Source: Methanomassiliicoccales archaeon (lineage in GTDB: Archaea; Thermoplasmatota; Thermoplasmata; RBG-16-68-12; SOIM01). Taken from it: a stretch of DNA of 64,000 bases. Made by a program: the position numbers and the translations under genes. The stretch lies in assembly GCA_030593885.1 (NCBI GenBank), contig JAUVGH010000006.1, positions 180-64,179 of the forward strand, read 5' to 3'. The notes beneath the pieces are model-generated. The model was not told the DNA's origin. It saw only the letters and a program-made list of their open reading frames with translations, and did not search any database. Shown piece by piece: positions 54,599 to 62,540 of this stretch; the stretch's first letter is position 1; every line of letters begins with the position of its first letter.

Positions 54599-56049
54599 GT
54601 TTGGTGGAAGACGACAGTTCTGAAGAACCTCCTCAGGAGGACGGCCCTGCCCCCAGAGATGTCTGGGCCGCCAGAATCGCGCTATCCATCTACGCCTTCT
54701 TCCTCATCCTCCTGGCAGGCATTGGTTTCTACATTCTGTTCTACATCGTTCTCCTAATCTCTTTCCTCGCTCTCGTGATGCACATCGACAAACTGGAGAC
54801 GTTCAAGATCGTTAACACACTGAATCTCAAGAAGAAGATGGTCCTCATATTCATCATCGCCCTTCTGACCCGACTGGTGATGCTGGTCCAGGACCAGATA
54901 ATCACTGACGACATACTCAACTACGTTCTTCGTGGAGACTGGATGCTTGACGGAAGGATCCCGTACGTTGATTTCGACGGGGGAAGCAAGCCTCCCCTGC
55001 ACAATCTGGTTCTTCTCATGGTATCCGGTGCCTTCGGTGCTGGCGAGGTCCAGTTCCGGGTCGTGTTCTCCATCATCGATGCTATGATCGCCGTGCTGAT
55101 ACTCTTCCTCTCCGAGAAGAACCGAGGGAGCAGATTCCTTCTGTCGGCGGCTCTGCTGTACGCTCTTTGCCCGATCAACGTGATCACCATCGGACTCTCA
55201 GGTCATTACGATCCAGTTCCCGTGTTGGCTGTCGTCATATCGACCATATTCATCATATCAAGAAGACATCGGTTGTCATCTCTGTTCCTTGGTCTGGGTC
55301 TCGCTCTCAAGGTGTTCGGTGCCGTCCTGCTGCCGTATTATCTTTGGAAGACCAAGTTGCTCAAGGAGAGAGTGTTGTATGTCATTCTGTTCGCCATACC
55401 TATGGGTCTTTCGCTTCTGGGCCTTTACATCCTGTCTCCCGATGGCCCTGGATCCTACTTCAGCGAGACCTCAGGATGGGGGGGCTGGTGGTCATTCACT
55501 CATTTGTTCTCAACGGCAATTGGCTCCGATTGGCTGGGTGGCCTGAAGGTCTCTTGGATGATCATGGGCTTCTTCCTGCTTCTGATACTCGTCATGTACG
55601 TTTCCATCTGGAGAAAGAAGGACGAGGAGGAGAGAATGACCCTTCTATGGTACGAGGTCGTCGTTTTCATTTCCGCTGCATACTTGGGACTCATGATCCT
55701 GGACGGTTGGGCACAGGCACCCCCTGGAACCGACCTTGCCCCCTCTTTGGCAGTGTTCATTGGCTATGCAATCGTTCTGAGCCTCGTTCTTATTCGATAT
55801 CGGGAAACCATATTCCCAAAGAAGCTGTCCGGCGGTCGGACCGAGAGGATACTCATCATCACTAGCCTTGCCATCATCCTGTTCTGCTTTGGGCTGCCTA
55901 ACTATGCCCCCTGGTACATAATCTGGTTCCTGCCCTTCCTGCTCGCGGTGAGAACCAACAGCATCAGATTCACACTTCTTTTCCTTCTGGTCTGGCATAT
56001 AATGGGAAAGGGCGTTTCCATATTCCCTGGACTTCCGCCGATCAGGTGA
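54595..56049 (+). CDS. Polytopic membrane protein, GT-C-like glycosyltransferase (DUF2029/PMT-like pattern)
   Basis: 484 aa with at least 10 TM segments and a GRIPYVDFDGGSKPPLH loop after the early TM helices. Overlaps the epimerase stop. Confidence 0.5.
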   Translation: MSLVEDDSSEEPPQEDGPAPRDVWAARIALSIYAFFLILLAGIGFYILFYIVLLISFLALVMHIDKLETFKIVNTLNLKKKMVLIFIIALLTRLVMLVQDQIITDDILNYVLRGDWMLDGRIPYVDFDGGSKPPLHNLVLLMVSGAFGAGEVQFRVVFSIIDAMIAVLILFLSEKNRGSRFLLSAALLYALCPINVITIGLSGHYDPVPVLAVVISTIFIISRRHRLSSLFLGLGLALKVFGAVLLPYYLWKTKLLKERVLYVILFAIPMGLSLLGLYILSPDGPGSYFSETSGWGGWWSFTHLFSTAIGSDWLGGLKVSWMIMGFFLLLILVMYVSIWRKKDEEERMTLLWYEVVVFISAAYLGLMILDGWAQAPPGTDLAPSLAVFIGYAIVLSLVLIRYRETIFPKKLSGGRTERILIITSLAIILFCFGLPNYAPWYIIWFLPFLLAVRTNSIRFTLLFLLVWHIMGKGVSIFPGLPPIR

Positions 56050-56067
56050 TCGTCTTGGATGCTCAAC

Positions 56068-56769
56068 CTACTTCCTTTTCATGTGTTCCCTTCGGAACCT
56101 AAAGAAATCTCGCAGTGTTATGAACACCACCGTTGACGGCTTGATGTATGATTTCCCACCTTCTCGATCATAATGCTTGATGTCCACCTCGGTTACAGAA
56201 TAACCCTTGACTTGGGCAAGTGGCAGGATGAATCTGTGCAGACCCAGGTAGCCGTCCGGTTTGAAGCCCATACCCAGAGCCGCCTCCTTGGTGAACGCCT
56301 TGAACCCGCTGTTCTGGTCTTGGATGCTCAATCCCAGGAATCCCCGAACGATGACCTTGTTGTACACCCTTGAGATTAGCCGTCTTATCCAATCATCCGC
56401 CCTTTCGAAGCGATTCCCACTTACGACGTCATATCCTTCCTCGATTTTCTTAAGGAACTTGGGGATCTCTCTAGGCTCGTACTGGCAGTCGCCGTCAATA
56501 ATGAAGAACACGTCACCTTTGGCGTTCTCAAAACCCGTTTCAATGGCCCAAGAGCGTCCCTTGTTCTTATCGTGGTGGACGGTTCTGACATTCGGATACT
56601 TCTGGGAGAGTTCGTCACAGATTTTTCCCGTGTCATCCAGGCTTCCGTCATCCATCAATAGAATTTCACCCTCTATTCCCAGTTCCCCGTAAGCCTTCAC
56701 AAGATCGATCGTCTGTCTTTCCACATTGTCCTTTTCATTGTATAGAAGGACTATCGTGCTGCATCGCAT
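56068..56769 (-). CDS. Family 2 glycosyltransferase (dolichyl-phosphate sugar synthase-like)
   Basis: 233 aa. IVLLYNEKDN, LLMDDGSLDDT and IDGDCQY are the GT2 DxD-type motifs. Confidence 0.82.
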   Translation of the reverse strand: MRCSTIVLLYNEKDNVERQTIDLVKAYGELGIEGEILLMDDGSLDDTGKICDELSQKYPNVRTVHHDKNKGRSWAIETGFENAKGDVFFIIDGDCQYEPREIPKFLKKIEEGYDVVSGNRFERADDWIRRLISRVYNKVIVRGFLGLSIQDQNSGFKAFTKEAALGMGFKPDGYLGLHRFILPLAQVKGYSVTEVDIKHYDREGGKSYIKPSTVVFITLRDFFRFRREHMKRK

Positions 56770-56795
56770 GATATCAGATACCGCCTGGTTGGAGC

Positions 56796-57926
56796 CTAAT
56801 CCTTGATCTCCGAAGGTTTTGCCATCTCAACAGGGACCAGTTTCTTCTCCTCAGCGCCTTTTGAATTCGCCAGGTTCCTGACGACTATGACTATTCCCAA
56901 CGGAATGAGGATCCAGATCGATGTGAGCGTCATCAGCAATCCCGCAGTGGTGGCCAGTGCGATGCTTATGCCAGAAGCGTTGAACACCATCGCGATCAGA
57001 GCCACGTTGAAGGTTCCACCGGGAACGAAGGACCCCAGCAGCGTCGCTAGACTCGCAGCAATAAGGACGAATCCGACAAAAGGCGCGGATTCGGGCGCAA
57101 GTGCGTACATCACCAGGAATACCCTCATTGCCTCATTCAGCCAGATGATTACCGTCAGGGAGAAAGTCGTGAGCGTTGTCCTCTTTGATCTCAGGATGAC
57201 CCTGAACCCGTCACTGAAGTTGTTGATCGTGCTGCTGACCGCCCTTTCCCACTTCGGAAGAGGCCTCCTCACTATTCTGGACGCCGTCCTCACGAACCAG
57301 TTCGCAAACCTGTCCAGCGTGGAGAGATGAAGTGCAAGGTACACAACTGCACCCAGAAGGAGAACCACCAAGATTATGAATAATACCAGGAACAAGCCCC
57401 CGGCAAAAGGAAGGAATGTCAATATCAGAGCCAGTCCGATGATAGCGAACAAGGCGAGAACCAGGAGATCCATGACCTTCTCTGTGAATACGGTGGCCAG
57501 ACCGCTCCCGAAATGCAGGCCGGACTTCTCCCTGAGCATGTATGCCCTTACAGGTTCACCAGCGATCCTTCCAGGTGTGACGCTGTTCACGGAGAGACCT
57601 ACGATGACAAATGACAATGCTGTTCTGAAGGATGTCCTATGGCCAGATGAGTTCAAGAGGAAGAACCACCTAAGAGCCTTCGTCAGCAAGTTTGCGAAGT
57701 AGAGAAGGAAGACCGCACCTATGATCGCCAGATTCGCTCCTGAAAGGATGGAAACCAGTCTACCTGGATCCGCCAACCAGAGCATTGCGAGAAGCAATAT
57801 GACGGAGATTACCACGAGGGCCACCGTTCTGGGCCTTATCTTCTTTCTATTTCCCCTTACCCCACTCCCTTCCATTGATGCCAAGTGATGATATGAGGAT
57901 ACAAAATACTTGCGAAGACCAGTCAT
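56796..57926 (-). CDS. Flippase-like (UPF0104 / lysyl-PG synthase TM-region-like) membrane protein
   Basis: Up to 376 aa and polytopic, with TPGRIAGEPVRAYML as the family-like motif. The start is uncertain. Confidence 0.55.
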   Translation of the reverse strand: MTGLRKYFVSSYHHLASMEGSGVRGNRKKIRPRTVALVVISVILLLAMLWLADPGRLVSILSGANLAIIGAVFLLYFANLLTKALRWFFLLNSSGHRTSFRTALSFVIVGLSVNSVTPGRIAGEPVRAYMLREKSGLHFGSGLATVFTEKVMDLLVLALFAIIGLALILTFLPFAGGLFLVLFIILVVLLLGAVVYLALHLSTLDRFANWFVRTASRIVRRPLPKWERAVSSTINNFSDGFRVILRSKRTTLTTFSLTVIIWLNEAMRVFLVMYALAPESAPFVGFVLIAASLATLLGSFVPGGTFNVALIAMVFNASGISIALATTAGLLMTLTSIWILIPLGIVIVVRNLANSKGAEEKKLVPVEMAKPSEIKD

Positions 57927-58044
57927 CTGAATTCTTGTGGTCGGTCCCCTGGATTCTGCATACTGTTAAATACGAATAGGACTTTCTTAGAAGGCGAGCC
58001 TTCTAGATGACTAGGAGTCTCAAAGAACAATAAGGAAGCATAAT

Positions 58045-58212
58045 ATGGACGACGATAGAGGAAGGCGCGGCTACGATCGCCCGCCTCGAGAGATGCACAA
58101 GGTCACTTGTGCAGATTGTGGAAAAGAAGACGAAGTTCCGTTCAAGCCGGACGGGACTAGACCGGTATACTGCCGGGATTGCTATAGGAATCGCAGGCCT
58201 AAGAGGTATTAG
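58045..58212 (+). CDS. Small basic CxxC-x17-CxxC zinc-ribbon protein (55 aa), absent from the supplied ORF track
   Basis: My translation is MDDDRGRRGYDRPPREMHKVTCADCGKEDEVPFKPDGTRPVYCRDCYRNRRPKRY with stop TAG at 58210-58212. It is followed by oligo-T tracts. Confidence 0.7.
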   Translation: MDDDRGRRGYDRPPREMHKVTCADCGKEDEVPFKPDGTRPVYCRDCYRNRRPKRY

Positions 58213-58244
58213 TTAGGTAAGAGTAGAGAGATTTATCGGCATTC

Positions 58245-58286
58245 TTTTTTCGTGAAGGGAGTTTAACCTCCCATTTTCTTTCTTTT
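58245..58286 (+). terminator. Oligo-T tracts plus a GGGAG/CTCCC hairpin after the small zinc-ribbon gene
   Basis: T6 at 58245-58250, then the hairpin GGGAG-TTTAAC-CTCCC at 58257-58272, then ATTTTCTTTCTTTT. A further T8 lies at 58307-58314. Confidence 0.5.
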
Positions 58287-58418
58287 GCTCTAGGTTGAAT
58301 GCCAAGTTTTTTTTCGTTTACCAAGAGTCGTTTAGCCTACAGCTTGAGCTTTGCAGCACTGCTTGGATTTAGGGTCACAAATATATATGGCTTGTCTTAT
58401 GCACAAATGGGGTAAGTT

Positions 58419-58769
58419 ATGTATTGTCAGAAATGTGGCAACCAGAACCCGGATGAGGCGCAGTTCTGTCTCAGGTGCGGCGCTCCGCTCCATGCTGCAG
58501 CGACACCTCAATGGCAGCCAAAGAGGAATGACTGTGACAAAGGGGACGATCCGTGTACTGGTACAAAGCGTGGGGATGCGATCTTCTGGGGAATCATAAT
58601 CGTCCTGGTTGGGATATGGATACTGATTGAGTTCGTCCTGAAGAGAGTCCTTGAGACTTCTCATTGGATACACACTGTTGAGTTGTGGTGGATTTTTGGA
58701 TTGGTGATTGGAATTGCCATCATAATCGCGGGACTCAGATTGGTGTTCAAGCGCGGAAGAGCTCAATAG
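58419..58769 (+). CDS. Zinc-ribbon membrane protein
   Basis: 116 aa: N-terminal YCQKCGNQNPDEAQFCLRCG followed by two clear TM helices. CAAATATATATGG TATA-like box lies about 34 nt upstream. Confidence 0.75.
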   Translation: MYCQKCGNQNPDEAQFCLRCGAPLHAAATPQWQPKRNDCDKGDDPCTGTKRGDAIFWGIIIVLVGIWILIEFVLKRVLETSHWIHTVELWWIFGLVIGIAIIIAGLRLVFKRGRAQ

Positions 58770-59467
58770 GCCTTGCACGATTGGTCGCACGCCTTGCAGA
58801 TATCTCTGTGACGTTTGCTAGACAACTGAATCCTCGTGTCCAGCCACAGGAATGAGATGATTATGGCAATGAGGCCGAATGCTGCACTTCCAGTCAGTTG
58901 ATGCACGCTCACGACCACGAGGAAGAACCCCGTCACCAAGAATGTGTTAATCCGATTGTGTAGCCTGGCTTCCCCTAGAGAGAGGATGATATCAGTTAGG
59001 CTGATAGCGACGAGTACTATGCCCACAATTAGAAAGACAAACAGGATCCAGGCGTCCGCATTGACTTGAAGAGCGATGTAGGCTATCGTGAAGACGATTG
59101 CCACAATTGACCCCAAGGCCAGACCGGTGCAGCCGGAGCACACTGTACGGCCCATGAACTCCATTACATGACCGTTGAATCCCTCACAATCTGGATGGTG
59201 GCCTGTCATTCTCCTGCCGCTCCTCTCCCTCTTGTCGGCAATGTGGGCGTGATCTCTTGCTCTCGACGACCTCCTTGTCCAACCGGGTCTCAGAGCCAGT
59301 GATATCCCGAACAGGCAGCTGGCAATGAAGGCTCCCCCCACCATCAACTTGTCATTGAATGTGATTGAGGGAGATTCAGAGAATCCCAGCCAGGCTATCA
59401 GAAGTATGAAAATGCCCCCAATCACCGATAGAATCAGGTATATTGATGCGCTCCTTCTAGGCGTCAA
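58763..59467 (-). CDS. Polytopic membrane protein with Cys/His clusters
   Basis: 234 aa with HHPDCEGFNGHV..VCSGCTG and a C-terminal CKACDQSCKAY. Its start overlaps the stop of the upstream radical SAM gene by 4 nt. Confidence 0.7.
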   Translation of the reverse strand: MTPRRSASIYLILSVIGGIFILLIAWLGFSESPSITFNDKLMVGGAFIASCLFGISLALRPGWTRRSSRARDHAHIADKRERSGRRMTGHHPDCEGFNGHVMEFMGRTVCSGCTGLALGSIVAIVFTIAYIALQVNADAWILFVFLIVGIVLVAISLTDIILSLGEARLHNRINTFLVTGFFLVVVSVHQLTGSAAFGLIAIIISFLWLDTRIQLSSKRHRDICKACDQSCKAY

Positions 59468-60888
59468 ATGAGACTCCTCAGCGTCTTCAGGACCTTCTGC
59501 CCAGCCATGTGACGATAGGCCCTCCTTTTGATCTCGTTCTTAGAGAAGATCCCTTTAATGTTCCGTACCGCTGAACCGTAGAACTCGCGATAGCACTGGA
59601 AGAGCTCCTCCTGGACCTCTTTTCTGGAGAGCGTCTCTGTAGGCATGATCGCATGGGACATGTCGTAGTTGGCGTAGTTCAGATCCTCCAGCCATCCGTT
59701 CTCCCTTGCCTCGTCGAACACTTCGGTGCCTGGAAACGGCGTCAGCGTGGTGTACACGTTCAGGTCCGAATCCAGATCGAACGAGAACTGCCGAAGTCTC
59801 TCTATAGATTCTGCAGTATCCTTTCTGGAACCTATCACCATCATGGCCTGTGCGAACACGTCCCTCTCTTTGAGGGTCTTCACTGCCTTGATCGAATCAC
59901 CCACGCGCGCCCCTTTCTTGAAGTACTTCAGGACCTCTGGCGAATCGTTCTCCACCCCTATCAGGATCCAGTTGTTGCCAACTTCCCGCAGCTTCCCGAC
60001 CAGTTCAGGGTTGTTCGAGATGTCATCCGTCCTCGCCTGGAAGAACCAGTTGATGTCGTCTGTGAACTCCCTTTTGCGCAATTCCTCCCACAGACCCATT
60101 CCACGTTTCCTGTATTCGAAATTATCGTCCGTCAGCCACAGGAACACTCCCCCGTACGTCTTGTGCAGGAACTCCATCTCGTCCGCGATCCTTTTGGGAG
60201 ACTTTGTTCTCCATCTGCCTTGCCAGTGTCTCCATTGAGTGCAGAAAGAGCATTTGTGAGTGCAACCACGCCCACCTTCGAGGATCATGTATTTCTTCTT
60301 GCCGGCCATCAACGCGAAGTGGTACCTGTCCATGTTCTTCTCGATCAGGTGGTATGCGGGGTAAGGTAGGTCATCCAGGTTCTCTATCAATGGACGGTCG
60401 GGCGTATTCACGATCTCACCGTTGTTCCTGAGTGCCAGCCCCTGAACCTTGCCCATGTCGCCGCCCCCGCGTATCGTCTTTATCAGCTCCACGAGCGTCA
60501 ACTCCCCTTCTCCCCTCACGATGTAATCTATTTCGGGGAAGTCTCTCAGGGACTCCTCGGCCACGGCCGTGAAGTGCTGTCCGCCCACTATGGTAACGAT
60601 ATCCTGGCTCACTCCCTTGGCCATCTGCGCGACCCTTGCACAAACGTATGCGTTACACGTGAACCCAGATGTCGCGACGAAAGATGGGGACATGGATTCT
60701 ATTACCCTTTGGACATAATCCCAGCTCTTCTTCTCGGCCTGGCAGTCTATCACCTTGACCTCCATGTCCGGAAGCTCTCTCTCCACGTATGCAGCCAGAA
60801 CCAGCAGTATTGTTGGTGGCGGCAAGTACTCTCCCATCAAGAACCAGTAATCCTTCGGTGGCTCGACGAAAAGTATGCTCGAAGACAT
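59464..60888 (-). CDS. Class B (cobalamin-binding domain) radical SAM enzyme
   Basis: 474 aa with an N-terminal B12-binding-like Rossmann region (..VATSGFTCNAY..IVTIVGGQHFT..) and GGRGCTHKCSFCTQW. Confidence 0.82.
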   Translation of the reverse strand: MSSSILFVEPPKDYWFLMGEYLPPPTILLVLAAYVERELPDMEVKVIDCQAEKKSWDYVQRVIESMSPSFVATSGFTCNAYVCARVAQMAKGVSQDIVTIVGGQHFTAVAEESLRDFPEIDYIVRGEGELTLVELIKTIRGGGDMGKVQGLALRNNGEIVNTPDRPLIENLDDLPYPAYHLIEKNMDRYHFALMAGKKKYMILEGGRGCTHKCSFCTQWRHWQGRWRTKSPKRIADEMEFLHKTYGGVFLWLTDDNFEYRKRGMGLWEELRKREFTDDINWFFQARTDDISNNPELVGKLREVGNNWILIGVENDSPEVLKYFKKGARVGDSIKAVKTLKERDVFAQAMMVIGSRKDTAESIERLRQFSFDLDSDLNVYTTLTPFPGTEVFDEARENGWLEDLNYANYDMSHAIMPTETLSRKEVQEELFQCYREFYGSAVRNIKGIFSKNEIKRRAYRHMAGQKVLKTLRSLI

Positions 60889-61119
60889 ATTTCCAAGCGT
60901 AGATAATCAAATCGATACTGAAATATGTTGTTGTATTTGCCTCGAATGAAAGATTTAAGAACATGTTGAGCATGTCAGTAAGTTGCCAGGCTATCGGGAA
61001 GGCGGAGAACCTGTCTGGGCGAAAGAACTCGGGATTTGATGCCCGGACTGAAGGAATTGCGTTTAAGACGGCCGAATGGAATGTTATGAGCCGCCATCAG
61101 TGGGGAAGGAGGAATTAAC

Positions 61120-62400
61120 TTGGAGAACGTGGGGAGTGAGAAAGACTGGGAGAATGATTCTGCTGAAGGAGATAACAATCCTTCTCATGACGGTAGAGAG
61201 CCGAAGAACAACTTCAATCCAGCAATGAAGAACATACACCTTTCTCCGATAGTCAGGATAAGTGAACGGGCTCTGGAGATGGGTCCTGCATACCGTGAAA
61301 AGACCGGAAAGGATTTCGTCTATTTCCAGAGGGGAGAAGTTGATTTCCCCACTCCCGAGTACATCAAGGACGCCGCTAAGAGGGCCCTGGATGAGAACCG
61401 AACCAAGTACCCCAGGTCTGGAGGGGAACCCGAATTCAAGGACGCGATCCTGAGAAAACTGCTGGACTTCAATAAGGCAGAGAACCTCACCAGGGAGAAC
61501 ATTGTCTGCACCTACGGTGGAATGGAAGCTCTGCAGTTGTCGTTCAAGCTCTTCGAAGGCGGGAAGGCCGCCACCTTCGCACCGTACTGGAGTCCCATAT
61601 CGGAGAACTTCGTGCCCTTCCTGCAGATGGATCTCACCGAGATACCGATGAAGGAGGATTTCAGCATTGATTACGACCTGCTGGATGAAGTTCTGGAAGA
61701 TGTCAACATATTCTACTTCAACACGCCCAACAATCCCACCGGGAAGGTGTTTTCTGAAGAAGAGGTGAAGAAGATCGCCGAACTGTGCTACCAGAATGAT
61801 GCTTATCTTCTCTCGGACGAGCCATATGAGAGGATCATATTCGATGGAAAGAAGCACTTCAGCGCAGCCTCACTGGACTATGACAACATAATCTCAGCAT
61901 TTTCTTTCTCAAAGACCTATTCAATGACCGGATGGCGCATGGGCTATCTGGTTGCCAGGGATCCCAAGGTCGCTGGGATGTTGAAGCTGGGGAATTACAG
62001 CTGCACGGCCGGAGTGGTCCAGTTCCTGCAGTTTGCCGGAAAGGAAGCTCTCGACAATCGCGAGGAAGGGGAGAAAGCCATAGGGCAAATGGTGGACGAG
62101 TACAAGCGCAGGAGGGACGTTCTATGCTCGGAACTTGCGAGTGTTGACGGTGTCAGGTTTGAGAAGCCAGAAGGGGCGTTCTACCTCTTTCCGAACTTCA
62201 CCGGGCTGATTCCAGAAGATCTCCAAGGAAAGGACCGGGATGAGTTTGTATTCGACAGACTGATGGAGAACGGTGTTGCCACCGTCTACGGTAATTGCTT
62301 CGGAAAGAACTTCGGGGACAACATCAGGATTTCATTCTCAACGACTCCGGTACCCACGATTGTTGATGGCGTCGAGAGGCTTCGCGAGGCGTTCAAGTAG
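61120..62400 (+). CDS. Class I/II pyridoxal-phosphate aminotransferase (aspartate aminotransferase-like)
   Basis: NNPTGKVF and FSFSKTYSMTGWRMGY (PLP Lys). TTG 61120 lies 7 nt after AAGGAGG. The homology-like core begins at ATG 61225 (MKNIHLSP..), so the 35-aa acidic N-terminal extension is uncertain. Confidence 0.85.
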   Translation: MENVGSEKDWENDSAEGDNNPSHDGREPKNNFNPAMKNIHLSPIVRISERALEMGPAYREKTGKDFVYFQRGEVDFPTPEYIKDAAKRALDENRTKYPRSGGEPEFKDAILRKLLDFNKAENLTRENIVCTYGGMEALQLSFKLFEGGKAATFAPYWSPISENFVPFLQMDLTEIPMKEDFSIDYDLLDEVLEDVNIFYFNTPNNPTGKVFSEEEVKKIAELCYQNDAYLLSDEPYERIIFDGKKHFSAASLDYDNIISAFSFSKTYSMTGWRMGYLVARDPKVAGMLKLGNYSCTAGVVQFLQFAGKEALDNREEGEKAIGQMVDEYKRRRDVLCSELASVDGVRFEKPEGAFYLFPNFTGLIPEDLQGKDRDEFVFDRLMENGVATVYGNCFGKNFGDNIRISFSTTPVPTIVDGVERLREAFK

Positions 62401-62416
62401 GATTGTAGAAGGACAG

Positions 62417-62491
62417 CGGGCCCAGAGGGATTCGAACCCTCGATCTTTTGGTCCGAAGCCAAACGCCATATCCTGGCTAGGCTATGGGCCC
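62417..62491 (-). tRNA. tRNA-Arg (anticodon TCG), no encoded CCA
   Basis: The minus strand reads GGGCCCA-TA-GCCT..GGC-G-TTTGG-CTTCGGA-CCAAA-AGATC-GAGGG-TTCGAAT-CCCTC-TGGGCCC-G. It forms a full cloverleaf with a 7-bp acceptor stem and a GTTCGAAT T-loop. GGTATTATATC TATA-like box lies about 36 nt upstream. Confidence 0.9.
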
Positions 62492-62540
62492 ATATTACTG
62501 GATTCCAAAAAGAAACGATGGGATATAATACCAACTACGG

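Noticed and set aside
58332-58790. A 152-aa minus-strand ORF overlapping the zinc-ribbon membrane gene.
   Set aside because: The plus-strand frame (58419-58769) has a clean zinc ribbon plus two TM helices and a promoter-like box. The minus-strand product has no features.
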